A DNA stretch of 64,000 nt from Vicinamibacterales bacterium (lineage in GTDB: Bacteria; Acidobacteriota; Vicinamibacteria; Vicinamibacterales; JAMQPK01): the NCBI GenBank assembly GCA_963821395.1, contig CAWGDY010000030.1:134195-198194 (forward strand), in the 5' to 3' direction. How positions within the stretch are numbered: the first letter of the stretch is position 1; every line of letters starts with the position of its first letter. The notes below the pieces were generated by a model. It was given only the letters and a program-made list of their open reading frames with translations. It was not told where the DNA came from and did not search any database. Of this stretch, positions 9,131 to 17,571 are shown piece after piece. The translations under genes and the position numbers were made by a program.

Positions 9131-10161
9131 TGGTCGAGCCGTATCTGGAGTTCTACCGCGGCCGGCGCGTGATGATCACGGGCGGCCTCGGCTTCATCGG
9201 CAGCAACATCGCCCGCCGTCTGGTCGAGCTCGGCGCCAACGTGCTGCTCATGGACTCGCTCATTCCCGACGCCGGCGCGAACTTCTTCAACATCGACGGC
9301 ATCGCCGACAAGGTCACGGTGAACATCGCCGACGTCCGGCAGGAAAGCACGATGAACCATCTCGTGCGCGATCGCGAGGTCATCTTCAACCTCGCCGGCC
9401 AGGTGAGCCACATCGACAGCATGAAGGATCCGTACACCGACCTCGACATCAACTGCCGCAGCCAGCTGTCGATCCTCGAGGCGTGCCGGAAGTTCAATGC
9501 GCGCGTCAAGGTCGTGTTCGCGGGCACGCGCCAGGTGTACGGCAAGCCCGATTCCCTGCCGGTGACCGAAGATCATCTCGTGCGCCCGATCGACGTCAAC
9601 GGGATCAACAAGGCGGCCGGTGAGAACTACCACCTGCTGTACAACAACGTCTTCAAGGTGCGGGCCTGTTCGCTGCGCCTGACCAACGTGTACGGTCCGC
9701 GCCAGTTGATCAGGCACAATCGCCAGGGATTCATCGGGTGGTTCATCCGCCTGGCGTTGGAAGGGCACGAGATTCAGATCTTCGGCGACGGCTCCCAGGT
9801 TCGCGATTTCGTCTACGTCGACGACGCGGCGGACGCGTTCCTTCGGGCGGGCGCCTCCGACGCCTGCAACGGCCACGTGTTCAACGTCGGCGGCACGGAG
9901 CCCATTTCGCACAAAGATCTCGTGGCGCTGCTGATAGACGTCGCCGGCGCCGGGAGCGTCCGCTACGTGTCATGGCCATCGGAAAAGAAGGCGATCGACA
10001 TCGGAAGCTTCTACGCCGACTCGACGCGTTTTCGACGGGCGGTCGGCTGGGAGCCCCGTGTGTCTCTCAGAACGGGCTTCGCGAGAACGCTCGAGTACTA
10101 CCGGGCACACGCGCGCGAATACCTCGACGATCCCACGCCCACGCCTTCGCCGGTCGCATGA
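9130..10161 (+). CDS. NAD-dependent epimerase/dehydratase (extended SDR) with an atypical active-site motif
   Basis: This is the in-frame 3' part of ORF 8692..10161. A GTG at 9130 overlaps the upstream TAG. It has a Rossmann motif ITGGLGFIGSNI. The expected YxxxK position reads NGINK (9598-9612). Confidence 0.8.
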   Translation: MVEPYLEFYRGRRVMITGGLGFIGSNIARRLVELGANVLLMDSLIPDAGANFFNIDGIADKVTVNIADVRQESTMNHLVRDREVIFNLAGQVSHIDSMKDPYTDLDINCRSQLSILEACRKFNARVKVVFAGTRQVYGKPDSLPVTEDHLVRPIDVNGINKAAGENYHLLYNNVFKVRACSLRLTNVYGPRQLIRHNRQGFIGWFIRLALEGHEIQIFGDGSQVRDFVYVDDAADAFLRAGASDACNGHVFNVGGTEPISHKDLVALLIDVAGAGSVRYVSWPSEKKAIDIGSFYADSTRFRRAVGWEPRVSLRTGFARTLEYYRAHAREYLDDPTPTPSPVA

Positions 10162-11249
10162 ACGTTCCTTTTCTGGATCTTCATCTCGCCGAGGAATCGG
10201 CGGAGGTCCACGACGCCATCAAGCGTGTCATCGATCGCGGATGGTTCGTGCTCGGTCCCGAGGTCGAGGCCTTCGAGCGGGAGTTCGCACTGACCTCGGG
10301 TGCGCCGCACGCCGTCGGCGTCGGCAACGGCACCGACGCGCTCGCGCTCATCCTTCGAGCGCTCGGGATCGGCGCCGGCGACGAGGTGATTACCACGCCG
10401 TCTGTCCGCGGCATACACCGCGCTGGCGATCGTGATGGCGGGCGCGCGCCCCGTCTTCGCGGACATCGATCCCGAGAGATTGACTCTCTCGCCTGCCGCT
10501 GCGGAGCGCGCGATCACCGAGCGGACGGTCGCCCTCATGCCGGTGCATCTGTACGGCCAGCCCGCCGATCTCCCGGCGCTCGAGGCGCTCGCCAAGCGGA
10601 GAGGACTGGTCCTCATCGAGGACTGCTGCCAGGCGCATCTCGCCACCTGCCAGACCCGTCCGGTGGGCACCGTCGGCATCGCCGGCGCGTTCAGCTTCTA
10701 CCCCACGAAGAACCTTGGCGCGCTCGGCGACGGCGGCGCGGTGATTACGCGCGACGCCTCCCTCGCGGATCGCATCAAGCGGCTGAGAAACGGTGGCCAG
10801 ACCGATCGCTACCATCACGTCGAGATCGGGGTGAACAGCCGCCTCGACGAGCTGCAGGCGGCGATTCTGCGAGCCCGGCTGCCTGCTGCTCGCCCGGCAC
10901 ACCTCGATCGACGACGATTGCTCGCGCTCGCAGTATCGGCTCGCGCTCGCCGATTCGAGCGTCACCGTCCCGCGAGAGCTGGATCCGGGACACGTGTATC
11001 ATCTGTTCCCGGTCCGTGCTCAGCGGCGCACGCAGTTGCAGGACCGTCTGCGCGCAGTCTGGAATCGAAACCCTCGTGCACTACCCTGTTCCCATTTCAC
11101 AGCAGCCGGCATTCGCGGCGTTGGGTCGGGCCGATTGTCCCGAGGCCGAGCGGGCCGCGAATGAAGTGCTGTCGCTCCCGCTGTATCCCGGCCTCTCGAC
11201 TGAAGCCGTCAACACAGTCGCCGACGCCGTGCGAAAGGAAGCATCTTGA
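10158..11249 (+). pseudogene. DegT/DnrJ/EryC1/ArnB-family PLP sugar aminotransferase, interrupted by three +1 frameshifts (or sequencing errors)
   Basis: Family motifs continue across three frames. First frame: MNVPFLDL..GNGTDALALILRALGIGAGDEVITTP. Second frame: LSAAYTALAIVMAGARPVFADID..PVHLYGQPADL..FSFYPTKNLGALGDGGAV..NSRLDELQAAIL. Third frame: QYRLALADSSVTVPRELDPGHVYHLFPVRA. Back in the first frame: SGIETLVHYPVPISQQPAF..LSLPLYPGL. ATGA overlap upstream and TTGA overlap downstream. Confidence 0.85.
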
Positions 11250-12214
11250 GAGCGTTAATCACCGGCGGCGCAGGCTTCATCGGTTCCCACCTGGCGGAGG
11301 CGTTGCTGAACGCCGGACACGACGTCGACGTCATCGACAATCTCTCGACCGGCTCGATCCGCAACATCGGGCATCTGAAGCCGAATCCGCGTTTCAAGTA
11401 CGCCATCGACACCCTCACCAACGAGCCGCTGCTCGCCGAGCTGGTCGATCGCAACGACGTCATCTTTCATTTCGCGGCCGCGGTTGGCGTGAAGCTGATC
11501 GTCGAAGAGCCCGTGCACACCATCGAAACCAACGTGCACGGCACCGAGGTCGTGCTGAAACACGCGAACAAGAAAAAGAAAAAGGTCGTCATCGCCTCGA
11601 CGTCGGAAGTCTACGGAAAGAGCACTGATGTGCCGTTCAGGGAGGATGCCGACCTTGTGATGGGCGCGACGGTGAAGCATCGCTGGGCGTACGCCTGCAG
11701 CAAGGCCATCGACGAGTTCCTCGCCCTGGCCTACTACAAGGAGCGCGACCTTCCGGTCATCATCGTGCGGTTCTTCAACACCGTGGGCCCGCGGCAGACG
11801 GGCCAGTACGGCATGGTGCTGCCCTCGTTCGTGCGACAGGCGCTCGCGGGCGAGCCGATTACGGTCTTTGGCGACGGCACGCAGTCGCGCAGCTTCACCT
11901 ATGTCGGCGACGTCGTCGAGTGCCTCCTGAAGCTCGTGAACGAGCCTCGGGCGGTCGGACAGGTCTTCAATATCGGCAACACGGAAGAGGTGACGATTCT
12001 CAGGCTCGCGGAAATCGTGAAGGAGCGTACCGGCTCGTCTTCGACGATCGAGTTCGTACCCTACGACAAGGCGTACGAGGCGGGATTCGAGGACATGCCG
12101 CGGCGGGTTCCCCACCTCGGAAAGGTGCAGAATCTCGTCGGCTACGAGCCCAAAGTGCAGCTGAATGAAATCATCACGAAAGTCATCGAATATTTCCGCA
12201 CGCACGGGTCCTGA
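11246..12214 (+). CDS. NAD-dependent epimerase/dehydratase, ArnA-C-terminal/UDP-glucuronate decarboxylase-like
   Basis: 322-aa ORF with TGGAGFIGSHL, STSEVYG and RWAYACSKAIDE (YxxxK in the ArnA-like RW.Y..SK context). TTG start overlaps the degT stop. Confidence 0.8.
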   Translation: MRALITGGAGFIGSHLAEALLNAGHDVDVIDNLSTGSIRNIGHLKPNPRFKYAIDTLTNEPLLAELVDRNDVIFHFAAAVGVKLIVEEPVHTIETNVHGTEVVLKHANKKKKKVVIASTSEVYGKSTDVPFREDADLVMGATVKHRWAYACSKAIDEFLALAYYKERDLPVIIVRFFNTVGPRQTGQYGMVLPSFVRQALAGEPITVFGDGTQSRSFTYVGDVVECLLKLVNEPRAVGQVFNIGNTEEVTILRLAEIVKERTGSSSTIEFVPYDKAYEAGFEDMPRRVPHLGKVQNLVGYEPKVQLNEIITKVIEYFRTHGS

Positions 12215-12241
12215 TTTATAATCGGGGTTGCGTTCAACCTG

Positions 12242-12997
12242 ATGAAAAGGCTCGTTTTCGGCCTCTGTTTGATGATGTTGGCGGCGCCGCCCGCGGGGGC
12301 CGCCGGGCTGCAGATGTCCATCCGCAACGGGCGTGTGACGCTCGATGCACAGGACGTCACGGTTCGGCAAATCCTTACCGAGTGGGCGCGCATCGGCAAG
12401 ACGCAGATCGTCAACGCAGAGCGCATCACGGGCGGCCCTGTCACGTTGAAGCTGCAGGACGTGCCCGAGAAGCAAGCGCTCGACATCATTCTGCGGACGG
12501 TGCCCGGGTACATGGCCCGGCCGCGCGAGACCTTCGTCGCCGATGCGTCGATTTACGACCGTATTCTCGTCATGGCCACGACGGCGGCTGTCGCCGCAGG
12601 CCGGCCGCAGACACCATCGGCCTTCCCGGGCATGCAGCCTGGCCCGAATTTCACGCAGCTCAGGCCGCCGCAGCCCGCGTTGACACCCGGTGCGATCCCC
12701 GAACCGCCCGAAGACCAGTCAGAGGACCCGGCCATTGCCGCAGCCGCAGCCGCGGGACTGGTGCCCGTGCCGGCACCGAATCCCACACAGATTTCAGCAC
12801 CGCTGATGCTGCCTGGTGTCTCGCAAGCGCCGCCCGCGCAGTCCGCGCCGGGCACTGCTGCCACACCGTCGAATCCGACCCTGCCTGCCGGCACATCCAC
12901 GGCACCGACGTTTACGCCGCCTCCGCCGCCGGCCACGTCAACCCCGGTTACGACCACGCCGATTACGCGGCCGCGGCCACCGCAGCCCGATCGCTGA
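12242..12997 (+). CDS. Secreted hypothetical protein with an STN-like N-terminal domain and a Pro/Ala/Thr-rich tail
   Basis: 251-aa ORF with signal peptide MKRLVFGLCLMMLAAPPAGAA. An STN-like stretch follows (VTLDAQDVTVRQILTEWARIGKTQIV..KLQDVPEKQALDIILRTV), then about 130 aa of low-complexity P/A/T sequence. Confidence 0.6.
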   Translation: MKRLVFGLCLMMLAAPPAGAAGLQMSIRNGRVTLDAQDVTVRQILTEWARIGKTQIVNAERITGGPVTLKLQDVPEKQALDIILRTVPGYMARPRETFVADASIYDRILVMATTAAVAAGRPQTPSAFPGMQPGPNFTQLRPPQPALTPGAIPEPPEDQSEDPAIAAAAAAGLVPVPAPNPTQISAPLMLPGVSQAPPAQSAPGTAATPSNPTLPAGTSTAPTFTPPPPPATSTPVTTTPITRPRPPQPDR

Positions 12998-13088
12998 AGT
13001 TCGCGTCCGTCGCGATACAATTCCAACTACGCTCGCAGAATCCTTCGAGCTTCGGCACGAAAGGCACGCGGGGCAGTCTCACAGCACA

Positions 13089-14153
13089 ATGCCAGAAATC
13101 GATCGCTACAGGCCGGAGGACCAGCGCGGTGTAGAGACGCTCTATCGCCGCGTGTTCGGACCCGATGCCGCCGCCGCGAGCCGGCTGCGGTGGGACTGGC
13201 AATACCGACGCAATCCGAACAACCCGGACGGCGCACCGCTGCTGTGGGTCGTACGGGAAGGGCCGACGATTATCGGCCACTACGCGACGATGCCCGTGCG
13301 CCTCTCGCTGGGCGGCAAAGAGATTCAGGCGGCATGGGGAATGGACGCCATGGTCGCGCCCGAACGGCAGCGTCGCGGCCTTGGTGAGGAGCTGTTTCGC
13401 GCCTGGGATCGCAGCGTGGGCGCCTCCCTCGGCCTGGGCCTGTCCAGCGCGTCGTCGCGGCTGTTGAAGAAGATGCACTTTCCCGAGGTGCCGCCGATTC
13501 CGGGGCTGGTGAAACCGTTGACGCGCCGCGCGGTCCGCGTGCCGCGTTGGCCCAATGCCCTCAATCGCTTCGTCTCGGCCGTCACGCTGCCGATCGTGCG
13601 CGTCGCCGCGCGCGTGCGCCCGCTTCGTGCCGATGTCGAGCCGATCCGCCGTTTCGACGCGTCGTTCACCGAATTGTGGGAGCGGCTCGCCGATCGATTC
13701 GAGCTGGCGGTTCGGAGAGACGCGGCCTACCTGAACTGGAAGTTCATCGAGCCACCGCACGTACGGTATTCGGTGGCGGCGCTCAAGCGCGACGGCAAGC
13801 CTGAAGGATATGCGGTGTATCGCCACGCGCAGGAACCGCGCGGCCGCGTCACGCTGCTCGTCGACTTTCTCGCCGACACGCACGACGACATCGGCTTCAA
13901 GACGCTCCTTCGGTGGGTCGACGCCGAAGCGCGGCAGGCCGGGTCGGACAAGATCCGCTGCTACGCGGCGCATCTTGGCTTCCGGCGCATCATGCGGCAC
14001 TCGGGGTACTTTCAGATGCGCCCTCACCCCCTGACGCTGGCCATGAAGATCAACGCGGTGACCGTGCCGCCGAAGTTTTACAAGGACACCGACGACTGGC
14101 ACATCACGCTCGGCGATTCGGACCAGGACGTCGGCATTCGCGACTGGGACTGA
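13089..14153 (+). CDS. GNAT family N-acetyltransferase (about 355 aa, with an extra C-terminal domain)
   Basis: ATG at 13089 inside ORF 12816..14153. The upstream 91 codons are Arg-rich junk overlapping the previous gene. Acetyl-CoA motif: VAPERQRRGLGEELF. Confidence 0.75.
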   Translation: MPEIDRYRPEDQRGVETLYRRVFGPDAAAASRLRWDWQYRRNPNNPDGAPLLWVVREGPTIIGHYATMPVRLSLGGKEIQAAWGMDAMVAPERQRRGLGEELFRAWDRSVGASLGLGLSSASSRLLKKMHFPEVPPIPGLVKPLTRRAVRVPRWPNALNRFVSAVTLPIVRVAARVRPLRADVEPIRRFDASFTELWERLADRFELAVRRDAAYLNWKFIEPPHVRYSVAALKRDGKPEGYAVYRHAQEPRGRVTLLVDFLADTHDDIGFKTLLRWVDAEARQAGSDKIRCYAAHLGFRRIMRHSGYFQMRPHPLTLAMKINAVTVPPKFYKDTDDWHITLGDSDQDVGIRDWD

Positions 14154-14162
14154 CACATCACC

Positions 14163-14612
14163 ATGACATTCGCAGACGACGTGAACCGCGCCATTACCGG
14201 CGCGATGAAATCGAAAGACCCGCTGCGGCTCAGCACGCTTCGCATGCTGAAGGCTGCGCTGATGAACCGCGAGATCGAGCGAGGCCGTGCGCTCGACGAC
14301 AACGAATCACTCCAGGTCGTCTCTGCGCTGGTCAAACAGCGCCGCGACTCGATCGACCAGTTCCTCAAGGGCGGGCGGCAGGACCTCGCCGACAAGGAGA
14401 CCGCGGAGATCGTGATTCTCGAATCGTACCTGCCCCCGGCCGTCGATGCCGCCGATCTCGAGCGCACGATTGATGCGGTCATCGCATCGACGGGCGCCAC
14501 CTCGGCCAAGGACATGGGGAAGGTCATGAAAGCCGTCATGGCCGAGCTGGCGGGCAAGACGGTCGACGGGAAAGCCGTGAACGAGATCGTGCGCCGCAAG
14601 CTTCAACCCTAG
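14163..14612 (+). CDS. GatB/YqeY domain-containing protein
   Basis: 149-aa ORF with the typical YqeY pattern: MKSKDPLRLSTLRMLKAAL..KQRRDSIDQF..GRQDLADKETAEI. Confidence 0.85.
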   Translation: MTFADDVNRAITGAMKSKDPLRLSTLRMLKAALMNREIERGRALDDNESLQVVSALVKQRRDSIDQFLKGGRQDLADKETAEIVILESYLPPAVDAADLERTIDAVIASTGATSAKDMGKVMKAVMAELAGKTVDGKAVNEIVRRKLQP

Positions 14613-14620
14613 AGCAGGTC

Positions 14621-16229
14621 TTGCAGTCCAGGACCCGCGCCGCACCAGACCGACAGGCGCACCCCACATCAGAGCTCGTTCGATCGGCAGGGATCATCGG
14701 CATCGCGACGATGACCAGCCGGGTGCTCGGTCTCATTCGCGATCAGGTCCTCGCCTATTTCTTCGGTGCCGGCGACGCGATGGACGCCTTCCGCATCGCC
14801 TTTCGCATCCCCAACGTCCTCCGCGATCTCTTTGCCGAAGGCGCGCTCAGCGCGGCGCTCGTGCCGACGTTCACCCGCGCGCTCGTGGCCGGCGACCGGG
14901 GCGCCGTCTGGCGCCTCGCATCGAACGTCATCAGCGTGCTGCTCCTCACGTCCGGGGCGATCGTGCTGGCCGGCATCGTGTTCGCCGAGCCGCTCGTCAA
15001 CCTGTACGCGGGCGGATTCCGCGACGTGCCCGGCAAGCTGGAGCTGACGATCAGCCTGACGCGGCTGATGTTTCCGTTCCTGTGCATGGTGGCGCGTGGC
15101 CGCAGTGCTGATGGCGATGCTGAACGCACTGCACCATTTCTTCGTGCCCGCGCTGTCGCCGGCGATGTTCAACGTCGCGACGATTACGTGTGCGGTTCTC
15201 TTCGTCCCGCTCGCACCGCGCTTCGGGGTCGAACCGATCGTGGCGGTCGCCGCCGGCACGCTGCTGGGCGGGCTCGGGCAGATCCTGCTCCAGTGGCCGG
15301 AGGTACGCCGCGAGGGATTCCGCTACGACCGCGTCCTCGACTGGCAGGATCCCTGGCTCCGCGAGATCGGGCGGCTCATGGTGCCGGGGGTGGCGGGCCT
15401 CGCCGCGGTGCAGATCAACCTGTTCGTCAACAGCTGGCTCGCGGCCGGTCTCGGCACGGGCGCCGTGTCGTGGCTCGATTACGCCTTCCGATTGATGTAC
15501 ATGCCGATCGGCCTCTTCGGCGTGTCGATTGCCACCGCCTCGCTGCCGGCAATCTCGGCGCACGCGGCCACGAGCGACGATGCGGGCATCCGGCACGCGG
15601 TCGTGAGCGGCCTGCGCCTGATGCTGCTGCTGAACCTTCCAGCCACGCTCGGACTGACGGTGCTCGCCACACCGATCGTGTCGCTGATCTTCGAGCGCGG
15701 GCGCTTCACGCCGGCAGACACCGCCGCGACGGCGGCGGCGCTCGCGTTCTATGCGCCGGGCCTCATCGGCTACTCCGCGGTCAAGCTGATTTCCCCGGCC
15801 TTCTATGCCATGGGCAACAGCCGCGTGCCCGTCATCGCCAGCGGCGCCAGCGTGGCGCTGAACATCTGCCTGAACCTCATCCTCGTGCGGTCGCTGGGCC
15901 ATCGCGGGCTGGCGCTGGGCACGGCCCTTTCGGCGTTGCTGAACGCCGGCATTCTGATACTGGTGCTTCGCGCCCGTCTTGGAGGCCTCGACGGCCGGCG
16001 GCTCGTCACCGCCGTGCTCAAGATTTCGTGCGCGTCGATCGTGATGGCGGGCGCGGCGTATTACACCGAACGATTCCTGCACATTCCGTTCGCAGGACAC
16101 GACGTCATCGCCCAGGGCGTGCGCGTCGGCGGCTCGATTGCCGTGGGGCTCGGCGTGCTGGCCGTCTCGACCCATCTGCTGGGACTCGAGGAGTTCGCCG
16201 ATCTGAGACGCCGGGTATTGCGGTCCTGA
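14621..16229 (+). pseudogene. murJ: Lipid II flippase MurJ, split by one +1 frameshift near 15094 (or a sequencing error)
   Basis: The N-terminal third (SRVLGLIRDQVLAYFFGAGDAMDAFRIAFRIPNVLRDLFAEGALSAALVP..TRLMFPFLCMVA) is in the frame of ORF 14621. The rest (VAAVLMAMLNALHHFFVPALSPAMFNV..YAMGNSRVP..) is ORF 15096..16229. The TTG start at 14621 is uncertain. Confidence 0.88.
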
Positions 16230-16358
16230 ACGTGGTAGATTCGATCCGATGCGCCGTTACCCGTCGCGCGACTCGCCTCGTCGTTCTCGTTCGGGCCAGG
16301 TCCGCTCTCTCCCGCGCTGAAGGCGCTCATCGCCGTCAACGTCGCGGTCTTCATCGTC

Positions 16359-17009
16359 ATGGCGCTCATGCCGCCATTGTCCCGGCTCGCCGTTCAGCAG
16401 TTCCTCGGCCTGGTGCCTGCGGCGATCTTCGAGTCGTTCCGTCTGTGGCAGCCGGTCACCTACATGTTCCTGCACGGAACGATCGGCCACATCTTCTTCA
16501 ACATGCTTTCGCTGTGGATGTTCGGGACGGAGCTCGAGCGAATCTGGGGCACGAATTTCTTCCTGCGGTACTACTTCGTCACGGGCATCGTCGCCGCCAT
16601 CACGACGATCGCCGTGTCGCTGCTGCCGTTTCCCGAAACGGCGCGCATGTTCGACGTCGTCACGATAGGCGCTTCAGGCGCCATCTACGGCCTGCTGCTC
16701 GCCTACGGTCTCACGTTTCCGAACAGACCGATCTACGTGTATTTCGTCTTTCCGATCCCCGCGAAATACTTCGTGATGATCATGGGCCTCATCGCTCTGC
16801 TTTCCGCGATGGGCGACAGCGGCGGCGGCATCGCGCACATCACGCATCTGGGCGGACTGGTTGCCGGATACGTCATGCTTCGCGGCCGCCATCTGAGCCC
16901 GGCGAACGAAGTGCGGTATCGCTATCTGCGATGGAAGATGGACCGCGCGCGGAAGAAATTCGGTGTGTACACGGGGGGAAAGAAGGACTGGGATAAGCAT
17001 GTACACTAG
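16359..17009 (+). CDS. Rhomboid family intramembrane serine protease
   Basis: 216-aa ORF with GASGAIYG (catalytic Ser) and HITHLGG (catalytic His). TM1 (LKALIAVNVAVFIV) continues upstream in frame with no start codon, while an ATG at 16249 (MRRYPSRDS) is in another frame. This suggests a possible -1 frameshift near 16275, with the true gene spanning 16249..17009. Confidence 0.85.
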   Translation: MALMPPLSRLAVQQFLGLVPAAIFESFRLWQPVTYMFLHGTIGHIFFNMLSLWMFGTELERIWGTNFFLRYYFVTGIVAAITTIAVSLLPFPETARMFDVVTIGASGAIYGLLLAYGLTFPNRPIYVYFVFPIPAKYFVMIMGLIALLSAMGDSGGGIAHITHLGGLVAGYVMLRGRHLSPANEVRYRYLRWKMDRARKKFGVYTGGKKDWDKHVH

Positions 17010-17571
17010 AAAGGAAAAAGGAAAATGGAAGAAGGAATACTTCTATCCCCAATCCCCAATCCCTAATCTCTATTCCTTCTTCCTTCTTCCTTTTTCCTTT
17101 CCACTCCCTGCCGATCATCAGCGCCACCAGCCCTCCCACCAACGGGAGTCCGCTCGCGTCCATGAGGTAGGCGTACCGGAACATCGCGCCGGCGCCAAGC
17201 TGGAGGCTCAAGACCATCACGAGCGCAACGGCCGCGGCCATCCTCGTCCACAAGCCCAGCGTCAACGCGAGACCAGCCAGCACCGATCCGATCGGCACGA
17301 TCCGCGCAAATACGGGCGCGCCTGGCAGAAGCCGCTCGAGATACCAGCGGCTGATCGGCGTGGCTCCAGCCATCCAGGCCGACAGCTGGCTGGTGAGGGG
17401 CTCTGCGTCAAGCAGCCACGATGCTTTTTCGACGCCGAAAAAGAAGATGAAGACGCCAATGCAGAGCCGGAGCAGCACGAGCGCCACGCGTTGAGCGCGA
17501 CCGCTGCCCGGTCGTGGGCCGGATCCGTGACTGGAGGCTCCGAAATCGGACGCGCGAGCCGCGGGTGCCAT
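16873..17571 (-). CDS. DoxX-family membrane protein (3' end doubtful)
   Basis: 232-aa ORF with a DoxX-like N-terminus (LVLLRLCIGVFIFFFGVEK) and 4 TM helices. TAATG overlap with the upstream M48 gene. The last ~75 codons read through the 17009-17101 hairpin and 137 nt of the convergent rhomboid gene, so the real stop is probably lost or shifted. Confidence 0.5.
   Translation of the reverse strand: MAPAARASDFGASSHGSGPRPGSGRAQRVALVLLRLCIGVFIFFFGVEKASWLLDAEPLTSQLSAWMAGATPISRWYLERLLPGAPVFARIVPIGSVLAGLALTLGLWTRMAAAVALVMVLSLQLGAGAMFRYAYLMDASGLPLVGGLVALMIGREWKGKRKKEEGIEIRDWGLGIEVFLLPFSFFLSSVHAYPSPSFPPCTHRISSARGPSSIADSDTALRSPGSDGGREA
17009..17101. repeat. Long purine-rich inverted repeat (31-nt arms, 29/31 complementary) with a CCCCAAT-type heptamer loop
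   Basis: The left arm GAAAGGAAAAAGGAAAATGGAAGAAGGAATA (17009-17039) is complementary to TATTCCTTCTTCCTTCTTCCTTTTTCCTTTC (17071-17101). The loop carries CCCCAAT CCCCAAT CCCTAAT. It sits between the convergent rhomboid and DoxX genes. Confidence 0.85.

Noticed and set aside
12816-13088. Arg-rich 91-codon N-terminal extension of the GNAT gene, and similar extensions at 8692-9129, 9738-10157, 18560-19741 (5' part), 22322-22411, 26987-27202 and 57498-57758.
   Set aside because: They overlap upstream genes, have no motif content, and better-placed internal starts with SD-like sequences or stop/start overlaps exist.
15085-15100. Programmed ribosomal frameshifting as the explanation for the split genes (murJ and the others).
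   Set aside because: I saw no slippery heptamers or stimulatory structures at the junctions. The shifts occur in both directions and in unrelated housekeeping genes, so mutation or sequencing error is more parsimonious.
14621-16996. 791-aa ORF that looks like a giant MurJ fusion protein.
   Set aside because: Only the first ~158 codons are MurJ. After the frameshift near 15094 the frame stays open by chance (Arg/Gly/Ala junk), running across the real murJ remainder and the rhomboid gene.
17040-17070. Telomere-like CCCTAAT/CCCCAAT heptamers.
   Set aside because: There are only three copies, inside a hairpin loop in the middle of a chromosomal gene array, and there is no evidence for a replicon end.
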